Positions 1-7,890 of a DNA stretch of 12,571 nucleotides are shown piece by piece. The position numbers and the translations under genes are program-made. The stretch is from assembly GCA_020725385.1 (NCBI GenBank), contig DYFC01000002.1, positions 1 to 12,571 on the forward strand. Direction: 5' to 3'. The notes below the pieces were generated by a model that did no database searches, had not been told where the DNA came from, and saw only the letters and a list, made by a program, of their open reading frames with translations. Every line of letters starts with the position of its first letter. Position 1 is the stretch's first letter. Source of the DNA: Nitrospira japonica. Lineage in GTDB: Bacteria > Nitrospirota > Thermodesulfovibrionia > Thermodesulfovibrionales > SM23-35.

Positions 1-26
1 CGCTCTCCCAACTGAGCTACAGCCCC
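1..26 (-). tRNA. 5' portion of a tRNA, probably tRNA-Ala (truncated by the window edge; anticodon not visible)
   Basis: The reverse complement reads GGGGCTGTAGCTCAGTTGGGAGAGCG: acceptor 5' strand GGGGCTG, then TA, then D-arm GCTC-AGTTGGGA-GAGC. A GGGGC start is typical of bacterial tRNA-Ala. Confidence 0.9.
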
Positions 27-35
27 AGAAAATAT

Positions 36-65
36 AAAATAACATAAATTTATTTGTATAAACAA
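36..65 (-). promoter_or_regulatory. Candidate sigma70 promoter for the tRNA
   Basis: TTGTTT (65-60), 18-nt spacer, then TGt-TATTTT (extended -10; hexamer 41-36), ending 9 nt before the tRNA 5' end. The context is very AT-rich, so a chance match is possible. Confidence 0.35.
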
Positions 66-87
66 TATGAAAATAAAAATAGGTAAT

Positions 88-540
88 TTAAATGTCTTCT
101 AATTGATTGATAATCTTTTTTGTTATTTTTTGCATTCTTTTAAAGTCTTTATTACTTTTTTCATGGTCGTATCCAATAAGATGAAGAACTCCGTGTATAA
201 GCAGTCTTTTAATTTCTTCATAAAATGTTAATCCATTTTCTTTAGCTTGTTTTTTTGCTTTAGGAACACTTATTACAATATCTCCAAGAATTATTTCCTG
301 CATGGGTTTTATCTTTTTTAAAGAAAATTTTTCTTCCTGTGGAAAAGAAAGAACATCTGTGGTTCTATCAATTCCACGATACTGATAATTAAGTAATCTC
401 ATTCTTTTATCATTGACAAAAAGAATGCTTAACTCAGCCTGTGAAAGAGACAGTATTTGTAGGATTTTCCTTAGAAGCTTTTGTATCTTCTGAAGGTTTA
501 TCTTTTGTTGTCTTTGCTGATTCTTTATATAGACCTTCAT
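88..540 (-). CDS. ybeY: rRNA maturation endoribonuclease YbeY
   Basis: Motifs LNYQYRGIDRTTDVLSF, LGDIVIS and the zinc-binding HGVLHLIGYDH. Start moved to the ATG at 540 (MKVYIKNQQR). Conserved phoH-HD-ybeY context. Confidence 0.95.
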   Translation of the reverse strand: MKVYIKNQQRQQKINLQKIQKLLRKILQILSLSQAELSILFVNDKRMRLLNYQYRGIDRTTDVLSFPQEEKFSLKKIKPMQEIILGDIVISVPKAKKQAKENGLTFYEEIKRLLIHGVLHLIGYDHEKSNKDFKRMQKITKKIINQLEDI

Positions 541-2047
541 TTGAGAAGTCGAATCCGGGATAATCAATTCGTTTATGGAAAATCCCGGTTAGAATATAAG
601 TAAAACGTTTTTTAATTTCGTGTATATCTTTCAGGGTAAGTTCGCATTCATCAAGCTGTCCATCAAGAAAAATGTGATTAATGATTTTATCTACAAGGGA
701 AGCAATACGTGCAGGCGTAGGGTCTGTAAGGACTCTTGATGCTGCCTCAACTGCATCGGCCATCATTACAAGGGCTGCAACCCTTGTCTGTGGCTTTGGT
801 CCGTGGTACTTATAATCTTCTTCATTTATATTTGTATTTTGACTCGATTCTTTTGCTTTCTGATAAAAATAATTTACAAGCATTGTACCGTGATGCTGTT
901 CAATTATATCTATAATAGGCTCTGGTAATTTGTATTGTTTGGCTATATCGAGCCCTTCTTTAACATGATTAATAATAATCAAACTGCTCATATGGGGTGT
1001 TATCTTATCATGTTTACTGACTGTTCCACCCTGATTTTCAACAAAATAATCCGGCATTTTTATTTTTCCAATATCATGATAATATGCACTTACTCTTGCA
1101 AGTAAAGGATTTGCTCCGACTGCTTCTGCTGCTGCCTCGACGAGATTTCCGACAATTACGCTATGATGATATGTACCTGGAGCATTTATCATTAAACTTT
1201 TCATAATAGGCTGGTTAAGGTCAAGCAATTCAAGAAGACTTATGTCGGTTGTAACTTTAAATGAATATTCTATAAGCGGTAATAGAAGAGATACTATAGC
1301 TGCAACGCTAATTCCACCGAGTGCGGCAAAAAGAATTGAAGGAGGAAATTTTGTAGTAAATAATTCTCCTTTAAAAAGAAGAAGTATTATTACTGTTATA
1401 ATATTTGCAGCTATAACATATCCTCCAGCTCTTAGAATTGACGATCGTTTTTTACATTGTAAAGCGCCAAAAGCGGCGGTGATACTTCCAACAAAGGTAT
1501 AAACAGTAAAAGAAGCATCCTGAAGCCAGAGACCTGTTAGAAGACTTAAAATAAAAGAAAAAATTATCGCAGTATGAAAATCAAAAAGTAAAGAAACAAA
1601 CATTGCACCTGCGGGTATAGGTAGCCCGAATAAAGAAATTTCGAGAATCTTGTATTCCAGGCCTTTTGAAAGGTTTATAAGAAGATAACCAAAAAGTCTT
1701 CCTGTCAAAAGTGTCCCGATAACGAGCAGACCAAGTAAAAGAAGCATATTGCTTTTTTTAATATAAGCAGGTTTGTAACGCATAATGTCGCGGTAAAAAA
1801 TTGTAAGCAGAAGACAGGAAATTAAAAAGCCACCAATAAAATGACCTGCTTTAAAAACTGTTTGAATTGAAAACGATGATATAATACTGCAGATAATTAT
1901 AAAATAAATTCTGGTTAAATTTTCTTTTTTATTAACAGGGGAAAGTTCTTCTATGTCAGAAATTTTTTTACCTTCTGTTAAGTATCTAAAAAAACTGATT
2001 ATTTTTGAAGACTTATTCTTCTGTTGTCCGTTTTTCATATCGTTCAT
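434..2047 (-). CDS. Membrane-bound HD (HDIG) phosphohydrolase, 7TM-HD / PgpH(YqfF)-like; putative cyclic-di-AMP phosphodiesterase
   Basis: Multiple hydrophobic helices followed by APGTYHHS, YYHDIGK, YFVENQ, QHHGT, GPKPQT and MMADAVEAASR. Lies between phoH and ybeY. Start uncertain (ATG 2047 or 2038). Confidence 0.88.
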   Translation of the reverse strand: MNDMKNGQQKNKSSKIISFFRYLTEGKKISDIEELSPVNKKENLTRIYFIIICSIISSFSIQTVFKAGHFIGGFLISCLLLTIFYRDIMRYKPAYIKKSNMLLLLGLLVIGTLLTGRLFGYLLINLSKGLEYKILEISLFGLPIPAGAMFVSLLFDFHTAIIFSFILSLLTGLWLQDASFTVYTFVGSITAAFGALQCKKRSSILRAGGYVIAANIITVIILLLFKGELFTTKFPPSILFAALGGISVAAIVSLLLPLIEYSFKVTTDISLLELLDLNQPIMKSLMINAPGTYHHSVIVGNLVEAAAEAVGANPLLARVSAYYHDIGKIKMPDYFVENQGGTVSKHDKITPHMSSLIIINHVKEGLDIAKQYKLPEPIIDIIEQHHGTMLVNYFYQKAKESSQNTNINEEDYKYHGPKPQTRVAALVMMADAVEAASRVLTDPTPARIASLVDKIINHIFLDGQLDECELTLKDIHEIKKRFTYILTGIFHKRIDYPGFDFSNEGLYKESAKTTKDKPSEDTKASKENPTNTVSFTG

Positions 2048-2978
2048 ATGCCCTAACAATTTCTTGAACAAGTTTATGTCTTACAACATCTTTTTCGGAA
2101 AAATAGACAAATTTTATGCCTTCGATACCGTTAAGTATTTTTACTGCCTCAATAAGCCCTGAAACTTTTCCGTGAGGTAAGTCTATCTGTGTTACATCAC
2201 CTGTTATCACAGTTTTTGAATTAAATCCGAGTCTTGTAAGGTACATCTTCATTTGCTCGGAAGTAGTGTTTTGCGCTTCATCGAGAATGATGAAAGAATC
2301 ATTAAGTGTTCTACCTCTCATAAATGCGAGTGGGGCGATTTCAATTATCCCTCTATCAACAAGTTTTCCTGCTTTTTCAGCTTCCATCATATCAAATAAA
2401 GCATCGTAAAGCGGTCTGAGATATGGGTTTACCTTTTCGTAGAGATCACCGGGGAGAAACCCTAATTTTTCACCTGCCTCAACAGCGGGTCTTGCAAGCA
2501 CAATTCTGCTTACCTGTTTTTTTAAAAAAGCACTTATTGCCATAGCCATAGCAAGATATGTCTTACCAGTTCCTGCAGGACCTATACCGATTACAATATC
2601 ATAATTTCTGATTGCTTCAATATATTGTTTCTGGGTATCGGTTTTGGGGATAATAAAACGTTTTTTTGAAGATACCGGTATGTTGTTTAGAAAAAGGTCT
2701 TTAACAGAAGTTGCTTCTGCTTCTGAAGACATGGATTTAATAGCAAAACGAATGTCTTCAGGATTTAAGAAATATCCTTCATGGCTTATTGCACGCAAAT
2801 CATTAATAATCTTTTCAGCTTTTTCAACATTATTAGGTTCACCCTGTAAGAATATCTTATTACCTCTCTGAGATGCAATAACACCCAGTGTTTCTTCTAT
2901 TATTTTTAAATTTTTGTCGAGTCTGCCGTAAAGCAGATTAATCTCTTTTTCGCTATCAAGCTCAATTTCTAAAGTTAA
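2013..2978 (-). CDS. phoH: PhoH-family ATPase (YbeZ-like), ~321 aa with an apparently non-canonical start
   Basis: Walker A GPAGTGKT, RPAVEAGEKLGFLPGD, FMRGRT, ILDEAQN, TGDVTQIDLP, VVRHKLV. The frame stays open upstream of the ORF-track start (2798) and encodes the typical N-terminal segment LLYGRLDKNLKIIEETLGVIASQRGNKIFLQG. The exact start is inferred. Confidence 0.93.
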   Translation of the reverse strand, partial: LTLEIELDSEKEINLLYGRLDKNLKIIEETLGVIASQRGNKIFLQGEPNNVEKAEKIINDLRAISHEGYFLNPEDIRFAIKSMSSEAEATSVKDLFLNNIPVSSKKRFIIPKTDTQKQYIEAIRNYDIVIGIGPAGTGKTYLAMAMAISAFLKKQVSRIVLARPAVEAGEKLGFLPGDLYEKVNPYLRPLYDALFDMMEAEKAGKLVDRGIIEIAPLAFMRGRTLNDSFIILDEAQNTTSEQMKMYLTRLGFNSKTVITGDVTQIDLPHGKVSGLIEAVKILNGIEGIKFVYFSEKDVVRHKLVQEIVRAYERYEKRTTEE

Positions 2979-2992
2979 CGTAACGCCCCCTT

Positions 2993-3661
2993 TTAATTTT
3001 TAAAAGTTACAAAAGCGTGTTGTAATTTTTCAAATTTCCTAATTTTTATAGACATTATTTCAGCTTCTTTTCTTGTTGCAAATTCTCCAACTAAAACTTT
3101 ATAAAGTTTACTATTTTTTCTTTTGTCTGAAGGAACTACAACAGCCTTGTAACCTTTATTGTTTAGTTTGTCTTTAAGTTCCTCTGCAGCATCTTGATTT
3201 TTAAATGCTTCAACCTGTACGGTATATTTTTTAAATTTGGAATTTTTATTTAACTCCGGCTCTGTTGGATGGTTAGTTTTAGATTTTTCATGTTGCTCGT
3301 TTTTATTTGCCTGTGCGGGTGTTTCTTCTTTTGTATTAATTTTTCCTTTATCCTGCTGTAAAGTTTGAGAAGATTGTATTTGTTGATTGAGTGCAGTTAA
3401 CGTGTTTGTGTTTACGGTCTCATTTGGTTGAGATGGGGTATTATCCTGTTGATTTATGGGTGATTGTGATACTGTTTCTATATGCTGTCCGGATGGAATA
3501 TTACTGACATTTACAGAAATTTCAGAATTTATCGGTCTGAAAGATTTGCCAACGAAAAAGCCGAGTATGAATCCAAGCGAAGCAGTAATAACAATCGCTG
3601 AAATAATTATACCTTTACCTATATATACTGTTGATGACTTCTCTTTGTTTTCCTGTTTCAT
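2993..3661 (-). CDS. SPOR-domain cell division/peptidoglycan-binding membrane protein (FtsN/DedD-like architecture)
   Basis: Short cytoplasmic N-terminus, a single TM helix (IIISAIVITASLGFILGFFVG), a Q/N/T/P-rich linker, and a C-terminal SPOR pattern YTVQVEAFKNQDAA...LYKVLVGEFATRKEA. 4-nt ATGA-type overlap with the queA stop region. Confidence 0.85.
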   Translation of the reverse strand: MKQENKEKSSTVYIGKGIIISAIVITASLGFILGFFVGKSFRPINSEISVNVSNIPSGQHIETVSQSPINQQDNTPSQPNETVNTNTLTALNQQIQSSQTLQQDKGKINTKEETPAQANKNEQHEKSKTNHPTEPELNKNSKFKKYTVQVEAFKNQDAAEELKDKLNNKGYKAVVVPSDKRKNSKLYKVLVGEFATRKEAEIMSIKIRKFEKLQHAFVTFKN

Positions 3662-4665
3662 AAAATAAGCATAGCATCACCATATGAAAGAAATCTATAC
3701 CCGAGAGAAATTGCCTCAGAGTAGGCTTTAAACAATAATTCGATCCCGCATTTGGCTGATGCAAGCATTAATGGAGTTGATTTTGGCAAATGAAAATTTG
3801 TTATAAGTGAATCAATTATTTTAAATTTATAACCCGGATAAATAAAAATATCGGTATCTCCTTTTATTTTACCATTCATGGAAAATGTGTTGCAACGATT
3901 ACTTATAAATCCTTCAAGTACTCTTGTGGTTGTTGTCCCTACAGCAAAGATTTTATTTCCTGCCTTTTTTGCTTGAATTATCTCCTTAATAAGTTGACTT
4001 TCAATCTCAAAATGTTCTTTTTCCATAGCATGATCTTCAATTTTTTCTGTTCTTATTGACTTAAAAGTTCCTATTCCAACGTGAAGGGTTAGTTCTCTTA
4101 TTTTTATACCTTTTGATTGAATTTCTGAAAGAAGTTCTTTGGTAAAATGAAGGCCTGCTGTTGGTGCTGCTATTGAACCTTCATTTTTTGCATAGGTAGT
4201 TTGATAAGTTTCAAGGTCAGATTTATCCGGTTTACGTTTAATGTATGGTGGCAAAGGCATATAACCGTATTTCCATATTAACTCATTGAAATTCCCTTTA
4301 AATTCGAATTTTGCAATAGAACCATCTATAATCTCCGCTTGAAAATTGTCTGCAAAGTATACTTTCCCTGTATGTTTACCTTTTGTTAACACCTCCCAGG
4401 AAAAATCTTTATTTTCTTTAACAAGCAAAATTTCTATAGGTTTCCCGTTATTTCTTTTTCCGATGAGTTTTGCGGGAAATACCTTTGAATTATTTAAGAT
4501 TAATAAATCACCTTCTGAAAGATAATTGATAATATCTGTAAAAGTTCTATGTTCGATCTTTCCATCATTGTGAACAACGAGTAACCTTGAGTTACTTCTT
4601 TTTTCCAAAGGTTTACTGGCAATAAAGTTTTCTGGAAGATTGTAATCGAAATCAGCGGTATTCAT
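3658..4665 (-). CDS. queA: S-adenosylmethionine:tRNA ribosyltransferase-isomerase QueA
   Basis: DFDYNLP, MPLPPYIKR, YQTTYA, GSIAAPTAGLHFT, TLHVGIGTF, AVGTT, TNFHLPKST, YRFLSYGDAM. Confidence 0.97.
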   Translation of the reverse strand: MNTADFDYNLPENFIASKPLEKRSNSRLLVVHNDGKIEHRTFTDIINYLSEGDLLILNNSKVFPAKLIGKRNNGKPIEILLVKENKDFSWEVLTKGKHTGKVYFADNFQAEIIDGSIAKFEFKGNFNELIWKYGYMPLPPYIKRKPDKSDLETYQTTYAKNEGSIAAPTAGLHFTKELLSEIQSKGIKIRELTLHVGIGTFKSIRTEKIEDHAMEKEHFEIESQLIKEIIQAKKAGNKIFAVGTTTTRVLEGFISNRCNTFSMNGKIKGDTDIFIYPGYKFKIIDSLITNFHLPKSTPLMLASAKCGIELLFKAYSEAISLGYRFLSYGDAMLIL

Positions 4666-5638
4666 ATAATTTTATTATAGTGCCCGGATAAAAATATGAA
4701 AGGATTTCTTTGTAATTTTTGCCTTCCCGTGCCATTTTCAAAGCACACCACTGACACATCCCAACTCCATGTCCATAACCTTTACCTTCAAAAAAAATTG
4801 TATTATTATCCTTGTTAATAGAAAAATTCGTACTCGGAAGGCGGCTCCATCCAATAGTTTTTCTGAATTCAGTAGCAGGAATTTTTAAGATGTTGGAATC
4901 TGTCATTATATTCAATTCTTTTACTCTATTGGTTGATGTATATGATGATATGGATATATCTTTAATTAAAGGAATATTTAAGGCTTTTTCTATTTCTTTA
5001 ATATCGATACTCCTTTCCCATTCTGAATAAGGTGATAAGTCACATTTTGTTTCAACTGACTTCAGATAAGGATAACCTTTCCCGAATACTTCTTCTGGAT
5101 TTTCTGTTCTTCCACCACAAGTTGAATGATAAAATGCTGCTATAGGTGAATTATCATATGTAATAATTTCACCTTTTGTTTTTTCAACAGCATATGCTAT
5201 GCGTGCATCGGGATTATTGCCTTTATAAACTTGATGAAGAACCGAAGATGCTATGTGATAAAGGGAGTCTCCACTAATCTTTTTCTGATATAAAGCATAA
5301 GTTCTTGAGACAACAGCCTGTGCTTTCAATGCCTCCATATCCCAATCAGAACTTACTTCTGCAGCAACAACATCTTTAATATATTCTTCAAGAGGCAATT
5401 CATTAATAATATAAAGTCCATTATCACCTTTCCAGACTTCTATGTCTCCGGTATATTTTGTGCCCATAACAAGGAGTGTGCCTTTCATGTTGCCAAGTTT
5501 TTCAATTTTTTCGTTCTTTAAAGGTATATTTGGATAGTATTCATTAACAATAAGAACTTTGATTTTTTCCGAAGCTATAGCATTAGTAAAAGATAATAAA
5601 ACTATAAATGATGAAATAAAAAACAGCAATTTTTTCAT
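4652..5638 (-). CDS. SpoIID/LytB-family exported lytic transglycosylase
   Basis: Signal peptide MKKLLFFISSFIVLLSFTNAIA. Motifs INELPLEEYIKDVVAAE (catalytic Glu position), EALKAQAVVSRTY, HQVY, YHSTCGG, GYGHGVGMCQ, EILSYFYPG. SD AAGGGA 8 nt before the ATG at 5638. Confidence 0.92.
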   Translation of the reverse strand: MKKLLFFISSFIVLLSFTNAIASEKIKVLIVNEYYPNIPLKNEKIEKLGNMKGTLLVMGTKYTGDIEVWKGDNGLYIINELPLEEYIKDVVAAEVSSDWDMEALKAQAVVSRTYALYQKKISGDSLYHIASSVLHQVYKGNNPDARIAYAVEKTKGEIITYDNSPIAAFYHSTCGGRTENPEEVFGKGYPYLKSVETKCDLSPYSEWERSIDIKEIEKALNIPLIKDISISSYTSTNRVKELNIMTDSNILKIPATEFRKTIGWSRLPSTNFSINKDNNTIFFEGKGYGHGVGMCQWCALKMAREGKNYKEILSYFYPGTIIKLYEYR

Positions 5639-5643
5639 TGTAT

Positions 5644-5874
5644 TTATCCCTTTTTTCTTAGTATCCAAAAAATAAGAGTCAAAAGAAGGCTAATCAATAA
5701 ACTGGTAGCTAACGGAAAGTAAAAACTAAAATTTTTTCTCTGGATGTATATGTCACCCGGAAGTCTGCCAAACCAGTGCAATTTACCCGAAAGCATAAAA
5801 ATAATGCCGGCTATAATGCATATTAATCCAACAAGAATAAGAATTTTTCCAAAATATTGAATATTATCAGGCAT
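5644..5874 (-). CDS. Small two-TM protein, DUF2905 family
   Basis: Signature GRLPGDIYIQRKNFSFYFPLATSLLIS between two hydrophobic helices. This family commonly sits between ruvB and queA. Confidence 0.88.
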   Translation of the reverse strand: MPDNIQYFGKILILVGLICIIAGIIFMLSGKLHWFGRLPGDIYIQRKNFSFYFPLATSLLISLLLTLIFWILRKKG

Positions 5875-6405
5875 TTATTTTTTTAGATACCTTTCCATTT
5901 CTGAATAAATACATCCACAATATTTTTGTCTATATAACCCCAATTCTTTTGAAATTTTCATGCCATCATAAAAACCGGGTCTAAAATCTTCATCATAGAA
6001 TGCTATATCATGCTTTTTGCCAGCATCTTTGGCTATTTTTATTATAACATCAAATTTTTGATAAGGACTTACAAGTAATGATGTTGTGAATCCATCAAGT
6101 CCCATTTTTTTCGCTGTCTTTGCTGTTTCTTCAAGTCTTATGTAATAACAATACTGACATCTATTAGATTCATTATTAACAACAGACCTGATGAATTCCT
6201 TAAGTCCATAATTGTCTTTATATTCAATCTTAAGATTCCAGAGATTCTGTAATTTGTTCAGTGAATCAAACCTATTTTTATATTCTGTATAAGGATGTAT
6301 ATTAGGATTGAACCAGAAACCAACAATATCAATACCCTTTGAAGTTAAAGTTCTTATTGGGAATAGACAACAATTTGAACAGCATATATGCATCAGAAGC
6401 TTCAT
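5875..6405 (-). CDS. queH: Epoxyqueuosine reductase QueH (DUF208)
   Basis: HICCSNC, NPNIHPYTEY, RCQYCY, FTTSLLVSPYQ, YRQKYCGC. Located near queA. Confidence 0.93.
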   Translation of the reverse strand: MKLLMHICCSNCCLFPIRTLTSKGIDIVGFWFNPNIHPYTEYKNRFDSLNKLQNLWNLKIEYKDNYGLKEFIRSVVNNESNRCQYCYYIRLEETAKTAKKMGLDGFTTSLLVSPYQKFDVIIKIAKDAGKKHDIAFYDEDFRPGFYDGMKISKELGLYRQKYCGCIYSEMERYLKK

Positions 6406-6425
6406 ATTTTAAGGCAGGTATTCCT

Positions 6426-6770
6426 TTATTTGTTTCCTACTTTTTTTGATTTCATGTGTTTTTTAAATTTATTATTTTTTGAAATAGCCGATTGTTGCGG
6501 GGAAAAATTCGGGTCTATGAGATACGCCTGTTTGAAGTATTTATCTGCTTCATCGAATCTTTTAAGTTTATATAAAGCATAACCTGTTCTATAATAAGCA
6601 TCTGAATCAGGTCTGTGTTTTACATATTCCTTTAAAATTTCTGCTGCTTCTTTAAATCGTCCTTTATCGTAATAACTTAAAGCTTTTTCATATTCAGAGT
6701 TCATATTAGCAAAAGAAAAATTTGTTGCTAAAATAATTAGAAATATTATTAGAAGCATAGTTATTTTCAT
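6426..6770 (-). CDS. Small exported tetratricopeptide-repeat protein with a basic C-terminal tail
   Basis: Signal peptide ending NFSFA; two TPR-like units (YEKALSYYDKGRFKEAAEILKEYVKHRP and AYYRTGYALYKLKRFDEADKYFKQAYLIDP); SD GGAGG at 6780-6776. Confidence 0.85.
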   Translation of the reverse strand: MKITMLLIIFLIILATNFSFANMNSEYEKALSYYDKGRFKEAAEILKEYVKHRPDSDAYYRTGYALYKLKRFDEADKYFKQAYLIDPNFSPQQSAISKNNKFKKHMKSKKVGNK

Positions 6771-6797
6771 AATAACCTCCTGATTGAGGAAGTTTAA

Positions 6798-6836
6798 ATT
6801 ATAAAAAGCTTAACAATAATAACGAAGATTAGTCAA
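6798..6836 (-). promoter_or_regulatory. Candidate internal sigma70 promoter(s) upstream of the TPR gene
   Basis: TTGACT (6836-6831)-18 nt-TAAGCT (6812-6807) with TG at the extended -10 position. Also TTCGTT (6826-6821)-17 nt-TATAAT (6803-6798). Lies in the only sizeable gap between protein-coding genes of the cluster. Confidence 0.55.
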
Positions 6837-6837
6837 T

Positions 6838-7890
6838 TTATTTTCTTTTCCTGTCATTGTCAGCAAAAAGGCCTAAATTTTTATTAAAAGATATTCCGAG
6901 ATGTGAATAGGCGATTTCGGTTGCTTTTCTACCCTGAGGGGTTCTTATGATAAAACCTGTTTTAAGAAGATATGGCTCAACAACATCAATAAGAACATCA
7001 GCCTCTATCTGAAGGGTGGAAGCAATAGCTTCTATTCCTACAGGTCCGCCTTTATAGTTTATAATTATTGTTTTCAACACCTTACGATCAGTTTCACCGA
7101 TGCCCTGTTCATCAATTCCTTCAAGTAATAGTGCATCAATAGCAACATTTTTTGTTATTTTTCCGTGGGCACGTACCTGAGCATAATCTCTTACTCTTTT
7201 TAAAAGTCTATTAGCAACTCTCGGTGTTCCTCTCGACCTGCGTGCTATCTCAAAAGCTCCTTCATCATCAATTGGGACTTCAAGTATCGAAGCAGAGCGT
7301 TTTACTATTTTTGTAAGGTCATTTTCATCGTAAAAATCTAAATCTCTTGTTATTCCAAATCTTTCTCTTAATGGAGATGATAAAAGACCTGCTCTTGTTG
7401 TTGCACCGATGAGAGTGAATGGTTCAAGTCTGTAACGGTGAGTTCTTGCATGTGCACCTTTATCAAAAATAAAATCAACAGCAAAATCTTCCATTGCCGG
7501 ATATAAAAATTCCTCGACTATTTTCGGGATTCTATGAATTTCATCAATGAATAAAATATCACCTTTTTCAAGATGCGTGAGAATACCCATTAAATCTCCT
7601 CCCTTTTCAAGGGCAGGTCCAGATGATGTAATTATACGGGTTCCCATTTCATTTGCAATTATATGTGCAAGAGTTGTTTTCCCGAGCCCTGGAGGACCGT
7701 TAAAAAGTATATGATCAAGGGATTCTTTTCTTTTTAAGGCAGCTTCGATTGCTATTTTAAGTGTTTCGGTAACTTTATTCTGCCCGATATATTCTGCAAG
7801 GCGGGAAGGCCGAAGACTGAATTTTATATCTTCATCTCCCGGGATTTCTTTTTTCAAAATATCAGAAATATTAGCTTCTTCCTGTATCAT
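6838..7890 (-). CDS. ruvB: Holliday junction branch migration helicase RuvB
   Basis: [82 protein letters not shown]. Confidence 0.98.
   Translation of the reverse strand: MIQEEANISDILKKEIPGDEDIKFSLRPSRLAEYIGQNKVTETLKIAIEAALKRKESLDHILFNGPPGLGKTTLAHIIANEMGTRIITSSGPALEKGGDLMGILTHLEKGDILFIDEIHRIPKIVEEFLYPAMEDFAVDFIFDKGAHARTHRYRLEPFTLIGATTRAGLLSSPLRERFGITRDLDFYDENDLTKIVKRSASILEVPIDDEGAFEIARRSRGTPRVANRLLKRVRDYAQVRAHGKITKNVAIDALLLEGIDEQGIGETDRKVLKTIIINYKGGPVGIEAIASTLQIEADVLIDVVEPYLLKTGFIIRTPQGRKATEIAYSHLGISFNKNLGLFADNDRKRK

Noticed and set aside
1-87. tRNA as an integration site for a mobile element
   Set aside because: Only the tRNA 5' end is present, and there is no integrase or duplicated tRNA fragment in the window.
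2986-3005. -1 frameshift from the SPOR gene into phoH at TTT AAA AAT TAA, as an explanation for the missing start
   Set aside because: There is no proper X XXY YYZ heptamer in the SPOR frame, and the -1 frame has a TAA at 3002-3000. Fusing an extracytoplasmic SPOR domain to a cytoplasmic ATPase is also topologically implausible.
1242-6582. Plus-strand ORFs 1242-1502, 1953-2162, 2644-2871, 3456-3668, 4812-5030 and 6388-6582
   Set aside because: They are short, antisense to well-supported genes, and have no recognisable motifs, so they are treated as shadow ORFs.
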